DNA of 63,863 bases, filler included, from Folioceros fuciformis (taxonomy: Eukaryota), in the NCBI GenBank assembly GCA_049999805.1. It is 10 parts of 10 records of this genome, joined end to end, with 100 filler letters (N's around TTAATTAATTAA, not from the genome) between each part and the next. Parts side by side here need not be neighbours in the genome. Positions count along the whole stretch, not along the records: positions 8,467 to 16,833 come from JBNGIO010002100.1; positions 16,934 to 25,029 come from JBNGIO010002102.1; 8 more parts are not named here. The stretch is one strand, 5' to 3'. Below, in pieces: positions 11,800 through 25,029 of the stretch; position 1 is the stretch's first letter, and each line of letters begins with the position of its first letter. A model generated the notes under the pieces. It searched no databases. It saw nothing but the letters and a program-made list of their open reading frames with translations, and was not told the origin of the DNA. A program made the translations under genes and the position numbers.

Positions 11800-13756
11800 G
11801 ATTTTTGAGCGGGAAGTCCGTTGCTCCACCCTCATTTCGGTTGAGGGATTTGAGGCCATTCTTGGAAAGTCTTGCTACCTGATTTCGAAGATATTGTCCT
11901 CGATTGCTCACATGCCACTGTGAGCCTGGATGAACACCAACGTTGTCACCACTGGGTCTGGTCTCACAAAGAAATTTCCCAAATTCTCTCCTTTCCCTAC
12001 GTGCTGTTGGTCATGGCAGTGGCTTATGATCAGTTCCTAATGGATTTTGGTCCTGCATCTGCGTCTCGAACCCCGTTGGTGACGTTCAACACTCGTTCTT
12101 GCCAATCTCTCCAGTCCAGGTTACTAGTATGCTACCCTCCAACAATGTACACATCGCTTTAGGACCTGGCTGATGACCCACAACGAGACCTCGTCCTCAT
12201 CACACTCGGCGTTTGGCTTCAAAGTAGTGTCACCGCTATTGCAACTTCCGCTACTACTAGTGGGAGCAACACACCACGAATTATTGTACGTGGCGCCCAA
12301 CTGACCAAGCTACCCGCCTGGCTCGGCCCGGCCTAGACTCGACTCGACTAATCTAACCTCACTTAGCGCAGCCCAGCCTTGGTCACAACACCACGGGAGA
12401 CAACATCTAATGCAAAATTGCACTCGCCATTGCGCTCCTTGCCTGCCACCTTCAACTTCATCCGTTCCCCGAGGTCCGGCTCCACGACAAGGCTGGCCTG
12501 CCTCAAACCCCAGCACCGATGCACACCCATCCTAGATACGTCTCGTAAGCTTGCCCGCCGACTGGCCATAGCCTGGGCTAGAGGATCCCGACTCGCATGG
12601 GGGCTGCATGCCAAACCTTGGCCAAGCTTGGTCACAAGCTCCCTAGCCGAGTGCATCTTTTTGCTCCCTTCAATCCATTGCGTGCCCTTGCTAACCTTTG
12701 AGATAGATCCCAGGTCTTGATTCTCCACAACCCTTACACAACACTCAGCCAGGCATCCTTCCAGCCTGAATTCCACTGCCAAGAGCCCCTGGCTCCTTTT
12801 GGTTGCAGCATCTTGGCTACCAGCGGTTTCAACTTCTCCAGCCATTCGTCCGTCACCACAAGTTTCTTCTGCTGCTCAATCTAATCTGTCAAGTTCCCTG
12901 AGAAGTTGTTGCACAATAGGGAGAGCGTCTGCAGACCCACAAGGTTGGCGATGTGTGGCCCCAACGGGCCCGCGAGGCCTAGGCCATTGAGGCACAACTC
13001 TTACACCATCATGGAGCCCATGTTGCACATTGGTCCACCCGCGTAGTGTGTCGTCCATTTGGTTTCAAGAGTTGAGCTCTGAGGTGTTTGTGAGGCCAAC
13101 CCAGCTGAAATACATCGACTTCAAGCTGGATCAGGTACAGTGAGCACTAATCAAGGACCTAGCCAAGCAAGCCGCCATATGCACCTGGAACGCTATTGTA
13201 ATCAAGACAACTTCCGCTTCGCAATGTCGCAACACAAGTAGCTCAGGCCTCAACGTGCGATCATCAGACAGGAGCCATGATAGCGATGCATCCAACACTC
13301 TTGTCGATCCACACAACCTGTACGGTCCTCGTGATTGGTCCTTGTAGACGATCGTAGGTATTGGAACCCCTCCTCTAAGTAGTCGAACAATAGGATCTCA
13401 GTAGATTTTTTTTTGTTTTGATTAATAGAGTGATTGAATACGGCCTGGGCGGTTCCTTTTATACCCAAGGGTCTCCTTGGCTTATGGCAGTTCACTCTTT
13501 GGCATGGTTTTAGTTACCAATAACTGGTCCTTCGGTCTTGACAATTGCAAAGGGTGGGACTCCCTTGGACAGCGGCAGGATTATTTTTTGTTACAATAAC
13601 TCGTCCTTGGCTCATGGCCTATAAGGATGGACTGTGTAGGAAGTTCCTTGGCCCTTGGTGGGTTGGAATAATCAAAAGCCTAATCTTGTTTCTCTAGCCT
13701 TGTTGCCTAGCCACTCCAGATTTGCCAAATCTTATTTCACCGGAGTTTTGTGGATC

Positions 13757-13900
13757 GCCAAATCAAGTTGTTTGTCAACCTTCACTTCTACCGAAGTTCT
13801 GTCGACTGCCAAATCAAGTTGTTTGCCAGCCTTCACTTCTACCAAAGTTTTGTGAACCACCAGATCAAGTTGTTTGCCAACCTTCGCTTCTATCAGAGTA
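13757..13900. repeat. Tandem repeat, 51-bp unit x ~3
   Basis: GCCAAATCAAGTTGTTTGTCAACCTTCACTTCTACCGAAGTTCTGTCGACT repeated with substitutions. Confidence 0.85.
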
Positions 13901-14162
13901 TCACTTTAAACTCAACTACGAGACTGATCCGGTGTTACAACGAACCTAGCCCACAAGACCGCTCCTACTTGGTTGCCATGCCGTACCTCTCCAATACTTT
14001 TTGGACAAGAAAACTTGGTTTTGGACAAGACAATATGGAACTTAGTATCACTTCAAATTTTAGTCCGAACAAATTTTAGGTCCATAATTTTTTGGGTTTA
14101 ACATGTACTAAACGAGCTCTGTGGAATTAGTACATACTATGTTTTCTTAACAATTATACGTC

Positions 14163-14800
14163 ATGTACGTGGTGAGAAGAATCTTACAAAATGTGAAGTT
14201 GCTCAATGATCTTGGAATTGCTTTAAACAAGAAAGTGAAGGTATACTGTGATAACATGAGTAGAATCATGTTGGCTACTAATCTAGTGTTTCATGCTTGT
14301 TCGAAATACATTGACGTACATTATCATTTCATCAAACAAATTGTGCTCACTAAGAAGATTGATCTACAACATGTGAAGACTTGAACATCAAGTAGTAGAC
14401 ATCTTTACTAAATCACTTGGTAGAGATAAGTTCCTTCATTTTCGTGGACTACTTAGAGTATTAAAAATAATCACTTGGCAGAGATAAGTTTCTTCATTTT
14501 CGTGAACTACTTGAAGTATTAAAAATAATTTGAGCTTGAGAGGCTGTGTTAGAAAGCAAGCTCCCTAGTAAGGTTATATGTGCATTAGTATATCTAGATG
14601 CATATCTAGTTAGTACAAGAATACATTTCGAGTTAATGTCTATTCTTATCAAGGAATGACCATGCATGAAGTCTACATATGTAAGTATGGGCTACCTATT
14701 CTAATGTATGGTCTTGAAGGTACTCAACGTACTCGATCAAAGTTTATCTAGGAGATGAGAGTTTCTAACGAGGAGTTGTTCTAAAAAAGCTAGAACAACC
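14163..14800 (+). mobile_element. Degenerate copia RNase H end, PPT-like tract and start of a 3' LTR
   Basis: VYCDNMS..LATNLVFHACSKYIDVHYHFIKQ...VDIFTKSL, then TTGAGAGGCTG|TGTTAGAAAGCAAGCTC at ~14537-14563. The right boundary is approximate. Confidence 0.75.
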
Positions 14801-16157
14801 CTAATTTCCATTGCTCCACCAAATCCTCGATCGCTTGGAGCTACATAGTGAAGTTGGGGTAGGAGCATATTTGAATATTGTCCTCATTGATCCTCCACAG
14901 ATTGCCTACCTCGAGAAATTATCCGAGTGCCACTTGCACAAAGGAGTAGTAAACAGAGAAGATGGAGGAAGAAAAAGTGGTACTATGACCTCTAGAGGGC
15001 CACGAGGATGCGAAGAGGTATGGGCACAAGTTAGAACCGCAAGAAGCATCTTCTCTCGCAGAACTAGAAGTTGAGAAGGTGTGGTGGCAAAAACGAAGAA
15101 GGCAAAGGCGGTCGAAGTGGCGGAGGAAGAAAGTGGTGCAGGAGTAATCTCCAACATACCATAGCGTAAAACGCTTACGCCACTAAGTTGTCCAGCATTT
15201 CAACCATCATGTGACGATTACACTTGCCTTCCTGACATCGTCAATACTAGTAAGGGTTCGATTGAGAGCCACCTCAGTGATCTCAGTAGTTAGCGTATCC
15301 GTATCAATTCGTCTTACATGTTCTCATTTCCAAAAATGAGCCCTAGTCCAAAACTAGGGGTGAAATCAAGACGGAAAACGTAAAAGCTAAAAACACTTGC
15401 TCGACCAAAGCTCCATTGAGCCTCGAAGTCCGAGTCCAATTATTCATTGCGTCTACAAAAACCAATGTGGCAACGTGAAGGAGAGCTACCAAGCTTACTC
15501 TGCTATAATCTGAGTGGTAAATGGAGGATAAGATGTTACACAATTACTTTCCACATACACTCCAGAACTCCAATTGCTCTCCAACTCCCAGATTCACTTC
15601 TCTTTGCCTCTCTCATGGTCTTTCTCTTCAACCCTCTTGTTGCTAATAGATTGATCCTTCTCCACCCTCAGAAATTCTTCACTTTAGCACTGGTGCAATA
15701 GCATCATCTCGAGTTCTAGAGATCTTCGTGCAAGCCTTGGAAACTAGTGGAGGCAAACATTATAGTTTACAACTACATCAACTATGCCTCGTGGCTAGAG
15801 GTGGCTGACAACTTGGTAGATAAGTAGAGGTTTGAGATCACAATTACTTAACCATCTTCTTCATTCTGACGGTGTAAGAGTTTGCACGCAATGTGTTGCC
15901 ATGCACATAGATCAAAATGCGCTCAAAATCACCTCATAATAATATTATCGCAATGCATTGTCCAAATTGTCAAATAAATCTGACACTCTAGACTATCCAA
16001 ATGCTAGGAGAAGTCTAAAACTGGTTGGAGGAAGTAGGAGCATTAATCTTGGCACTCAGCAAGATAAGAGAGTGCTAGTATCGATTGGTTAACTCGAGTT
16101 AGGGTTAAAAACAATAATCCTAAAAATGCGAAATGACAAAAGACCTACCTATAATTG

Positions 16158-16306
16158 GCGCAGGAGAAGCCACTTGATATGCACTTGTTGGTGTTCTAAA
16201 GATTGCTGGCGCAAAGGAAATTACTTGACATGCACTTGTTGGTGTTTTAAAGATTGCTAGTGCAGAAGAAGCCGCTTAATATGCACTTGTTGTTGTTCTT
16301 AAGACC
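16158..16306. repeat. Tandem repeat, 51-bp unit x ~3
   Basis: Core ATGCACTTGTTGGTGTTCTAAAGATTGCT recurs three times at 51-bp spacing. Confidence 0.8.
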
Positions 16307-16933
16307 ACATTGATTGCATTAACCAAACTTAATCCTTAAACCCTAAACCTTGTTCTATTTATATGGAAACAATTTATGTTGAGTTGTGTTAAGTATAGTT
16401 TTTATTGCTATAGTATTTTTCTCATGAAGATGTCCCATAGTAAGTGAGCATAGTTTATCTCTTTGTATTTTTTAGAATACTATTTATGTAAAGGAGGATG
16501 TTCATGGTTTCTTCCCAAGGCTTCTCAAATTGGGGTAACCTCTTTGTCTATTACAATGATGTTTGCTTAGGCTTGGCTAGCCAAAGGGTCTTTCCACGCT
16601 TCCAACTATGGGGTGCGTCTTCAAAGACTTATAACCCATCTTACTCTTTGCCTTGTGGATGTGCAACACATTGGCATACAAAATACTGTTCATTACATTA
16701 TATTCATATAAGGAGTGTCTTTGTTATTTGCTCAACATTGTTCCCCTTGGGAAGAACCTTATGTGGGTGTCATGCTGTTGCTGTACGGGAAACAGAGCAC
16801 CTAAGACTCTATGACTGGATACTGACTAGAGCANNNNNNNNNNNNNNNNNNNNNNNNNNNNNNNNNNNNNNNNNNNNTTAATTAATTAANNNNNNNNNNN
16901 NNNNNNNNNNNNNNNNNNNNNNNNNNNNNNNNN

Positions 16934-17170
16934 AACCCATAACCTGCAAATGGGTATTTAAGCATAAATTAGATGCTAGCGGCAATATAGCAAGTTACAA
17001 AGCAAGGCTTTGTGCACATGGATTCACACAAATACCTGGTTTGGATTTTCAAGAGACTTTCTCTCTAGTGGTACGCTCTCAGTCAATTCGTCTTATGCTC
17101 GCCTTAGCTGCTGAGCATGATCTAGAGCTGCAGCAGATGGATGTGAAGACAACTTTCTTACAGGGAATTC
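16934..17170 (+). mobile_element. Copia reverse-transcriptase N-terminal fragment
   Basis: PITCKWVFKHK..YKARLCAHGFTQIPGLDFQETFS..ALAAEHDLELQQMDVKTTFLQG. Confidence 0.88.
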
Positions 17171-17747
17171 TTCCACCTCATTCCACGTAGAGGGCTATGT
17201 GCTGTCCAAGCTGGAGGCCTTGAGGAGGAGGAGGAAGGAGACCTTGCAGGCCTATGTGGAGAGCTTCCACAGCCTGCGGGATCGCTGTGGACCTCATTCA
17301 GACTTACAAGCCATTAGGTGGTTCGCTGGAGGCTTAGGATCGAGGATGGGGGGCCATGTGAAATTGTTTCGCAGAAAAAGATGTGGACAGGGCTATAAGG
17401 GCAGCCCTCAATTATGAGGAGTCTCATCCGTGGGGCAAAGGGAGATCCAAGAAGGAGAAGGAGAAGGAGAGAGTGAGGGAGAAGGACAAAAAAGAAGAAC
17501 AGGCCTAGGAAGGGGAAGAAGAAGAGATGTTGAAATTTCGGCAGGAGGAAGAGAGGAGATGGCACAGTCCAGGTGATTAGAATTTCGTTGAGCTTCATCC
17601 ACTTGTCTGTGTGTGTGTGGGCTGACCTGTACAGGTGCTAACCCTCCCTAACTGTCCATTGTAGGTACTTGACCAGGAAGGCAGGCGAGGATCAGCAACA
17701 TCACAAATCTGAGACTCGAGGCCTCACCCGTAAGTTCCTCTTCATCC
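17171..17747 (+). mobile_element. Ty3/gypsy-type gag fragment (probable N-terminal part of the element that continues at 22626)
   Basis: KLEALRRRRKETLQAYVESFHSLRDRC..AIRWFAGGL resembles retrotransposon gag, followed by a K/E-rich tract and Ser codons. Confidence 0.6.
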
Positions 17748-20700
17748 TGTTATGGCTTGGGCCTGAAATATGGCTGATAATCAATAAGCCCTAGGCCTTC
17801 CATGTGTTTTTGGTGCTTATCCTTAGGCAAGGCCTTCGTTAAGATGTCTGCTGTGTTATTACAGGCACTTGATTAATAGGCAAACGTGGTCAGGATGTGC
17901 AGAGTCCACGTAGCCTTCTGGCTGCTCCATGTACAATTCCTCTTCGAGGATCCCATGAAGGAAAGCCGTGCAAACATCCATCTGCTGTAACTCAAGGTCA
18001 TATTCTGCTGCAAGGGCCAAAATAATTTGGATAGATTGAGCACGCACAACGGGGGAGAAGGTTTCCTGGTAATCTAAACCTGCAACTTGGGTGAACCCCC
18101 TGGCGCACAACCTTGCTTTGTAGCGAGCAATACGTCCTTGTGCATTAAGTTTGTGTTTAAATACCCACTTAGAAGTGATTGCCTTTCATTTTGCAGGTCT
18201 GGGTACTAAACGCCATGTACCATTTTTCATCAAGCTGTTGTACTCGTCATCGACAGCAAACTTCCATTTCTCTTTGTCTGGTCCAGTAAGCGCTTTTGTA
18301 AGAGAAGTCGGCTCTGGAGGGACGTTTGGAGGTGCAGAAACTGCTGAAGCAGCATGTCGTCTGAAATCAATGCTTGCATATGGTGGTTCCCTCCATTCAG
18401 AAGGCGGAGGTCTATGTCTGGAGGAACGGCGAGGGCCTGCATCCTCAGGATCTTCTAGTGCTGGTACAACAGCAGCAGGGTTTGGCTAAGGAGGCTCATC
18501 GTCCTCAGAAGATATGAAATCCAACACCTGTTCATCAGCACGATTTCCAAGATCTAAATCAACATCTAAATTTCCAGCATCCTGTTCATCTTGATCAAGG
18601 CCTAACATATCAATGTCTGCTGCAGGTGCAAGAGGATCCGACTGATCATTATTATCACCACCAGCAGCAGGGCCTGGAATAACAGGAGGTAATCCTGGAT
18701 TAGCAGGAGCAGGTCCTAGAATGACAGGAGCTGGTCCTGGAATGCCTGCAGGCGGATTAGGTAAGTTTCCATCAGCGTCCATAGGATACGAAGATAAGGG
18801 ATTCGCTATGTCCTCGAGAAAAGCATCTTCATAGTCATCAAGCTGCTCAAAAGGATCAGAAGGTTCGTCTCTCAAGGGAGCAGATTGCAAGGGCTCTAAG
18901 AAGGTAACACTGCTCGCAAGGACAGGTTGCCTGGAAATGGGGTCAATTAACTTGTATGACTTCACTGTTTCGCTGTAACCTACGAATATAAGGCGTTTTG
19001 AACGATTGTCTAACTTCCGTCTTTTGTCCTCATGTATGTAAGCATAGGCCTTGGAGCCAAAAATCCTAAGATGAAGGAGGCTAGGCTTACGCTTCCAGAA
19101 CAACTCGAATGGTGTTGTGTTGGGGACAATGGAAGTACTCGGCAATCTGTTCAGTATGTATGTTGAGGTGACAACTGCCTCTGCCCAATAAGGGGATGGG
19201 AGGCCCGACCATAGCAACATGGCTCGGGTCATACTCATAAAGGTCTGGTTCTTCCTTTCTGCAACGCCATTTTTCTGCTGCATATAAGGTACGATTAGCT
19301 GGTGAATAATTCCTTGAGTAGAGAAGAGGGTTGCAAAGGACTGATTCACGAATTCTGTCCCATTGTTAGATCCAAACATCTTAAGGAGGCAGCCTGTTTG
19401 GCGCTGCACCGTGATCAGCCACTCTTGAAAGATAGGGAAAGTCTCATTTTTCCTCTTCATAGGGAATGTCCAGGTGTACCTTGTATAGTCATCTGTAATG
19501 GTGAAATAATAGTCTACCCCTCCAAGTGAGGAAACCTGAAGGCGGCCATATATGTCAGCATGCACCAGTTCCAAGGGTTGAGAGGATTTGTGAGCGGGAC
19601 CTGTCAGGAAAGGTTGCTCCTTCTGTTTAGCAAGGGCACAAGTTTCACATAGGGGAAGCTCCTTTAGGTGGACAGGTAGAGGCTCACGATAGCAATCACT
19701 AGTACTAAGGGATGCTAACGACTTGCGATTTAGATGTCCAAGCCGTGCATGCCAGAGAATAGATTGCTGTTTGGCTGAAAGGTTTCCTGCACTTGTAGAG
19801 TTAGCTTGCTGCTGTTTTGCTGCAGCAAGACAGGTAAAGTCCAGCCTGTAGAGATCATGCTCAGGTAGAGCCTTAAACACGCATACAGAGGGTGAGTCCT
19901 TTCGAGAGAAGCAACAAGAGCCATCCTGGGCTGTTAGCTGAAAACTCTGTAGCTTAAGCAGTCTACTTAAGGAGAGGAGGTTCTTAGCCATACTAGGAAC
20001 ATATAAGACCTCTGTCAGGATTAAAGTAGACCCATCACTCAGCCTGAAGGTGCAGGAGCCTTGTCCTAAGATTTGCAGACTAGTGGTATTACGCTCATCA
20101 CCTAAGTACACTTTGTCTATAGTAGATGAAGGAGTAAGGGATGTGAAGAGGGACTCATCCCGACATATGTGGGCTGTGGCCCTAGAATCCAGGTACCAGG
20201 CTGCTGCATCCCCTGTTAAGGTAGACAAACAGACTGTTAGGATTTTGACCACTGGTTTGTTGGAATCTGCAGGTTTGTCTCTGACAACAGCGCTGGCAGT
20301 AGAATGGGAAGGCTTGCGAGGCTCCCCGGCCTTCTTTTTCCTACAGTCATTCGCCCAATGACCAGGTTTGCCGCACCAATTGCAATTACCAGTGCGTTTT
20401 ATAGAAGGGCCTGCCTCATGGCGTTGGCCTTCATTTTTGTTTCCCTGGTTGGAATTCTGTATCTGCGTTTTATTTTTTTGTGCCCCTCGTCCTCGGAAGG
20501 CTGTCAGCACTCTGTCAGCTTTGGCTTTTCTAGACCCTGACATGAGCCTGCTTTGCTCTTCCTGAAAGAGTGCACCAATCACCTCGTCTAAGGTGATTTG
20601 AATCTCTCTCCCAGCAGCACCGGCAGCCAAAGCCTGTCGGATGGGGACATTATGGGCAGATACGAAATTTTGAAAACTGGGTGGCAGGCTGGTGAGCAAT

Positions 20701-22625
20701 TGAGCTATCACGTCCACCTCGTCCATCACAGTACCAAGTGAGGTAAGTTGACCTCGAAGGTGTCTAAGCTTGCTGGTGTGAGCAAGAACTTTGTCTCCTT
20801 CTCACATTTTCAATCCATAGAACTCCATACGCAATGTGCATAGTGTGAGGACGTTATTAATCTTGTACTGGCTTTCCAATTGTGACCAGATCTCGCTGGC
20901 TTTGGTGAGGAACTCAATCTGAGGGATAAGGTCCTCAGTCAGGTCAGAAACAAGGAGAGCGATGCCAACACTGTTGGAATGTGACCATTTGTCTTTATCT
21001 GCCTGGGGAGCAGTAGGAACTGGTTCAGGGATAGAACCATCGACAATGCCCCAGACTCCTCGAGCCAACAACGTCGACTTCATCTGCACTCTCCACACCT
21101 CGTACTTCTGGCCATTGAATCTGTCTTTTTCCTTGAGTTTAGATGTAAAAACAGGATTGTATGGGCCAGGAGGGACAGGAGGTGGAGAAGAGGGCGGAGG
21201 AGGAGGTGGTGGGGGAGGATTGATGTTAGACATGCTGGGTTGACCTAGGTTCAAGGTTTGAGCAGCAAAAGTCAACTCACTAAAAAGGTTAGAAAGTGAT
21301 TCTGCTAAATCATCCAGCAGCCAATCGTCCATACATAATTGGCTAACAGGTGTCTCTGCATGTGCAGGGATGCAGCTACAGGATGAAGGGAAAGGGCACT
21401 AAAGGAGATCTCGAAACAACATGCTCATTGCCAAACGTCAGAATGAACGGGTATGTTCAAAAAACCCTAATCTTGAAAATGCCCTTTCACGTGAACTATT
21501 TTATTCACGCAAAAAACCTAACGACTTACATCCGATTTTTCAGGAGTGGGAAGCAGGGTAGGCAGGTACAATCCCATTGCTAGCTGCACCATGGAGATGG
21601 GTTCAGGCGTGCTGGAGCGCTACAATTTCTGGGTGAGCAGATCCAATCGATCACTAATGTATGCAATTTCAACAGAAAGCTTGTCAATTCTGGTTATGAC
21701 CCTGTTGATACTGAACATGTCATCACCAGCTTGCGTGCAAATCATGTGAATAAGCTGATCATGTCGATTATCAATGCGCCAGGCCAGGAAATCACGGTCA
21801 GATTCCACACCACTGCCCAAATTTTGCGCAGTCCTTTCTTGCTGTAAACCCTGAAAAGAAGTAGTTTGATTTGCTTCCCTGTTCTGTGCAGATCCTCTAC
21901 GACCACGCCTACGAGAAGGCATTATGGTGTAGGTCCGTTAGAATTAAGGGTTTGAATCATGTTTTAGAAAAAAAAACATTTGTAAATAGGCTGATTCTGT
22001 CGTGCAAGGAAAAAGAGAGGGATTTTAACAAAATTCAGCCAGCATAGGAAATTGCTGGTGAGTCCTGTGAAGTCCCTGCTGCTTTTCCTGTTTTTGATCA
22101 GAAAATGAGGCCATATAAAATTCTGAATTTAGAATTTCATTTCTTCTTCCTGCTTGGCAGCGGAAGCACATAGGATGGTAGTCTTAGATCAAGACTCGTG
22201 TTTGCTCGCCTATTTAGCCGCATAGAGGCTACCCTATCAACACGGTCAAAAGATCCCTTGATTGTATAAATATACCAATCACCTAAACAAACTAATACAT
22301 CAATAGCCTCAATCCATAAATGATGGATCAGGTCTGATAAACTCCAGGATCGACCGAGGTACCGGTATAAAATATCCTGGTCATGGGGATCAGGAGCCAT
22401 AGTACTTTAAACCATGCTCTGATACCATGTTTGGGATGTGAGAGCAGGAGAAGAGAGCATAAAGCAATTGTTGAATATGAGAATAATACAAAAAGAGTTT
22501 AATAAAGTATATATGAGCCTATACTAGGCTAGGCACTCTTTCATCTAGACAACCCTAATATAAATAGCCTAAACATAATTAACCTAGGGGGATTAACCCG
22601 AAGCGAGTCAGGTTAACCTCGAACA
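17748..22625 (-). mobile_element. Ty1/copia element (family B) with long 5' leader, gag-PR-IN, internally deleted RT/RNase H and no recognisable 3' LTR
   Basis: PBS TGGTATCAGAGC at 22427-22416. gag FNGQKYEVWRVQMK, knuckle CNWCGKPGHWANDC, protease WYLDSRATAHIC, HARLGHLN, LVHADIYG, KNGVAERKNQ, RT YKARLCARGFTQVAGLDYQETFSPV, RNase H tail ADILTKALP. Confidence 0.9.
22428..22625 (-). repeat. 5' LTR of copia family B
   Basis: CA end abuts the PBS. TGTT start at 22625 (alternative TGTTT start at 22575). Contains TATATA. Confidence 0.65.
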
Positions 22626-25029
22626 TCTTCCTCGGATGAAGATTTCTCCGAGGAGAGCGATTCTTCAGAAGAATCAGCAGCAGAGACCTCTTCATCTTCA
22701 GCAGGGGACAGCCTAGAGGAGGAGTCCTCGGAGGACGAGGCTGTCAAGAAAAGACTGAAGAAGAAGGAGCAAGAGGTGGTTAGGCGGAAGAAGGAAGCAA
22801 GGAAGGCAAAGGATCTAGCTAAGGCCAAGCAAGAGGTGGCAAGTGCCAAGAGGGAGGTGGAGCAGGTCAAGAAAGAGGGTGAGGCTACAGCCAAGAAAGT
22901 GGAGCAGCAGGAGTCCAAGATGGAGGAGATGATGAGCAAGTTTGAGAAGTTTCTCCTCCATGCTATCAAGGAACATGAGAGAAGGAGGGCTGCAACTAGT
23001 GGCAGGGCTGACTTGTTTTGCTCCATTTGTGGTGAGCAAGGCCACACCAAGACCCATTGTCAAGGGGCCAAGGTGCATTTGCTGGCCTGTGAAGGGGAAG
23101 AAGAGTGGTCGGTGGAGGACTCCTACCAAATTCAGGAGTTTTCCCAAGGGCAGCAATATTCCAAGACAACCCATCCTTCCATTCTTCGAAATCCTATGGG
23201 CACGGGTAGTCGTAGCAACCAGGTGGGGAGAGTTGCTGGTCAAGCAACGGGGGTTGTCCAATGCTATAATTGTCGAGGATTTGGACACTATGCCAACAAT
23301 TGTCCATCAGCAACTAGGCAGGCCAATGGAGACTACGATAGGTTGTGCCAGGACTGCAAACAGCGGGGGCACGTGGCGGGCAGCGTGCTTTGTCAGAACC
23401 CTAGGAAGAGCGTGAGGATTGCTCAACCAGCGGTGACAGGGGTGCTGCAAGCAGCACCTCAAGGGGCTGCAACAGCCATGCATGTGGAGGACGCCCTCAT
23501 GGCTGTTTGGGAGGAGGCCGAGGCCAAGGTGCTTAAGGGGCTAGAAGGGTTGGACAGCATTAAGAAGGGTTACTATGGGGAGGCTGCAGCCATGGCGGTA
23601 TGTACCCGCAGTGGGAAGAGAAGGGGAAGGCAGTGGGGTGCCAAGAAGAAGGGGAAGGAAGTGGAATTTGCTATAGGATCGGAGGAGGAGAAGGCACCCC
23701 AAATGTGGAGGAATCATGTCGGGAGAAAGGAGACCAGGAAGGACAGACCCCCAAGGAGGAAAAATCAAGGGCTGGAGAGGGAGTAGCCCCAGCAAAGGGG
23801 GGAAACCTGGAATTTCCTCCAGATGTGAGGGGAGAGGTACTAGACATGATCCAGGAGGAGCTGGATAGGGCAGCAAAGGAGTCAGCACCCGTGGCTGCAA
23901 GTCTGCCACCTAGGGAGGTGGCAGCGGTGACCAAAGGCACCAATGGGGCGGTCCAAAAGCCATTTGATTTGGCTGGAGCCATCATGGACCAGCAATTTGC
24001 TGTTACCTTTGGTCAGCTCCTGAAGGATAACCCTAAATATCGACAGCAGGTCCGGAAGGCATTGCAGGAGGCCCAACCCAAGAGAAGGAAGAGGCTACCT
24101 AAATCAGGGCCAAGGTTGTCGGCTCCCATGGTCAACATGGTGTCCATGGTGGACCAGGGACCGGCTGAACTGCAAGTGGAAATTGCAGGCTGTGTGATTA
24201 AGAGGGTGCCGCTGGATACAGGTTCAGGGGTGAATATTATGACGGAGGATACCGCCAAGAAACTCGGATTGGAGATCGAGCACACAACCAAGGTCTTGAG
24301 GTTGGCCGATATGTCTAGAATGCAGCCAGTGGGGGAGCTGAGAGGGGTAACCACGACCATAGGGACCATTCCCTACCTTCTCGATTTTGTGGTCATTCAA
24401 CACAAGGCACCAAGCTACGACATCTTGCTGGGCAGGACTTGGCTGTATGGATCGAGGTGCAGGCTGTCATGGGGAAGGAAGGAGGTGGCTTTCAAACCAC
24501 CTGAATGGAACCCCAAGACAAAGGAGGGTAGGATTTGTTTGAGCTGGAGCCGGGATGTCTACCTCAGTGAGACCCCAACGGACACGGAGGGGTACACGTG
24601 GGGGACACAACTGATTTGGAGGAGGGGGAAGGGGAAGATAAATTCCCTTTTTCCCACATATCATGGACAGATGAAGGAGGACTACCGAAGGGATATTCCT
24701 TATACCCTGAACCGGGTCGAGTGTTTTGGGATCACCTTGGACTGCAACATGGTAGGGGCTGAAGCAGCAAACGTGGAAGGACAGGCTACTGGAGTTGCTG
24801 AAGGGAAGGGCCAGGAAAAAGCCTCCCATGCCAAGAGGGGTGTGAAGGAAGATGAGATGAGGGAAGGGGGCTGTGACCCAAGGTCTAAAGGGCTTGCTGG
24901 TGAGGATACAGAGGTCACTAGATTCACCTTCGAAGACCTATTCAGGGAATGGGGAATGAGGGAGGAAGATCCCCAAGAGCCGGAAGAAGGGTTTGGAGTT
25001 AGCTCTGCACCCGTGCAGCGTGAATGGGT
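22626..25029 (+). mobile_element. Ty3/gypsy gag C-terminus (three zinc knuckles) and aspartic protease; truncated by the gap
   Basis: CSICGEQGHTKTHC, CYNCRGFGHYANNC, CQDCKQRGH. Overlapping ORF 23600-25029 has VTFGQLL and protease VPLDTGSGVNIM...LRLAD...YDILLGRTWL. Confidence 0.85.

Noticed and set aside
11800-13400. C-rich region as a LINE or DIRS remnant
   Set aside because: I could not recover any diagnostic RT, RNase H or recombinase motif in the frames I read; left unannotated.
13757-13900. 51-bp repeats (also 16158-16306) as CRISPR-like repeat-spacer units
   Set aside because: The whole unit is repeated with point changes; these are ordinary minisatellites, and the two 51-mers are unrelated in sequence.
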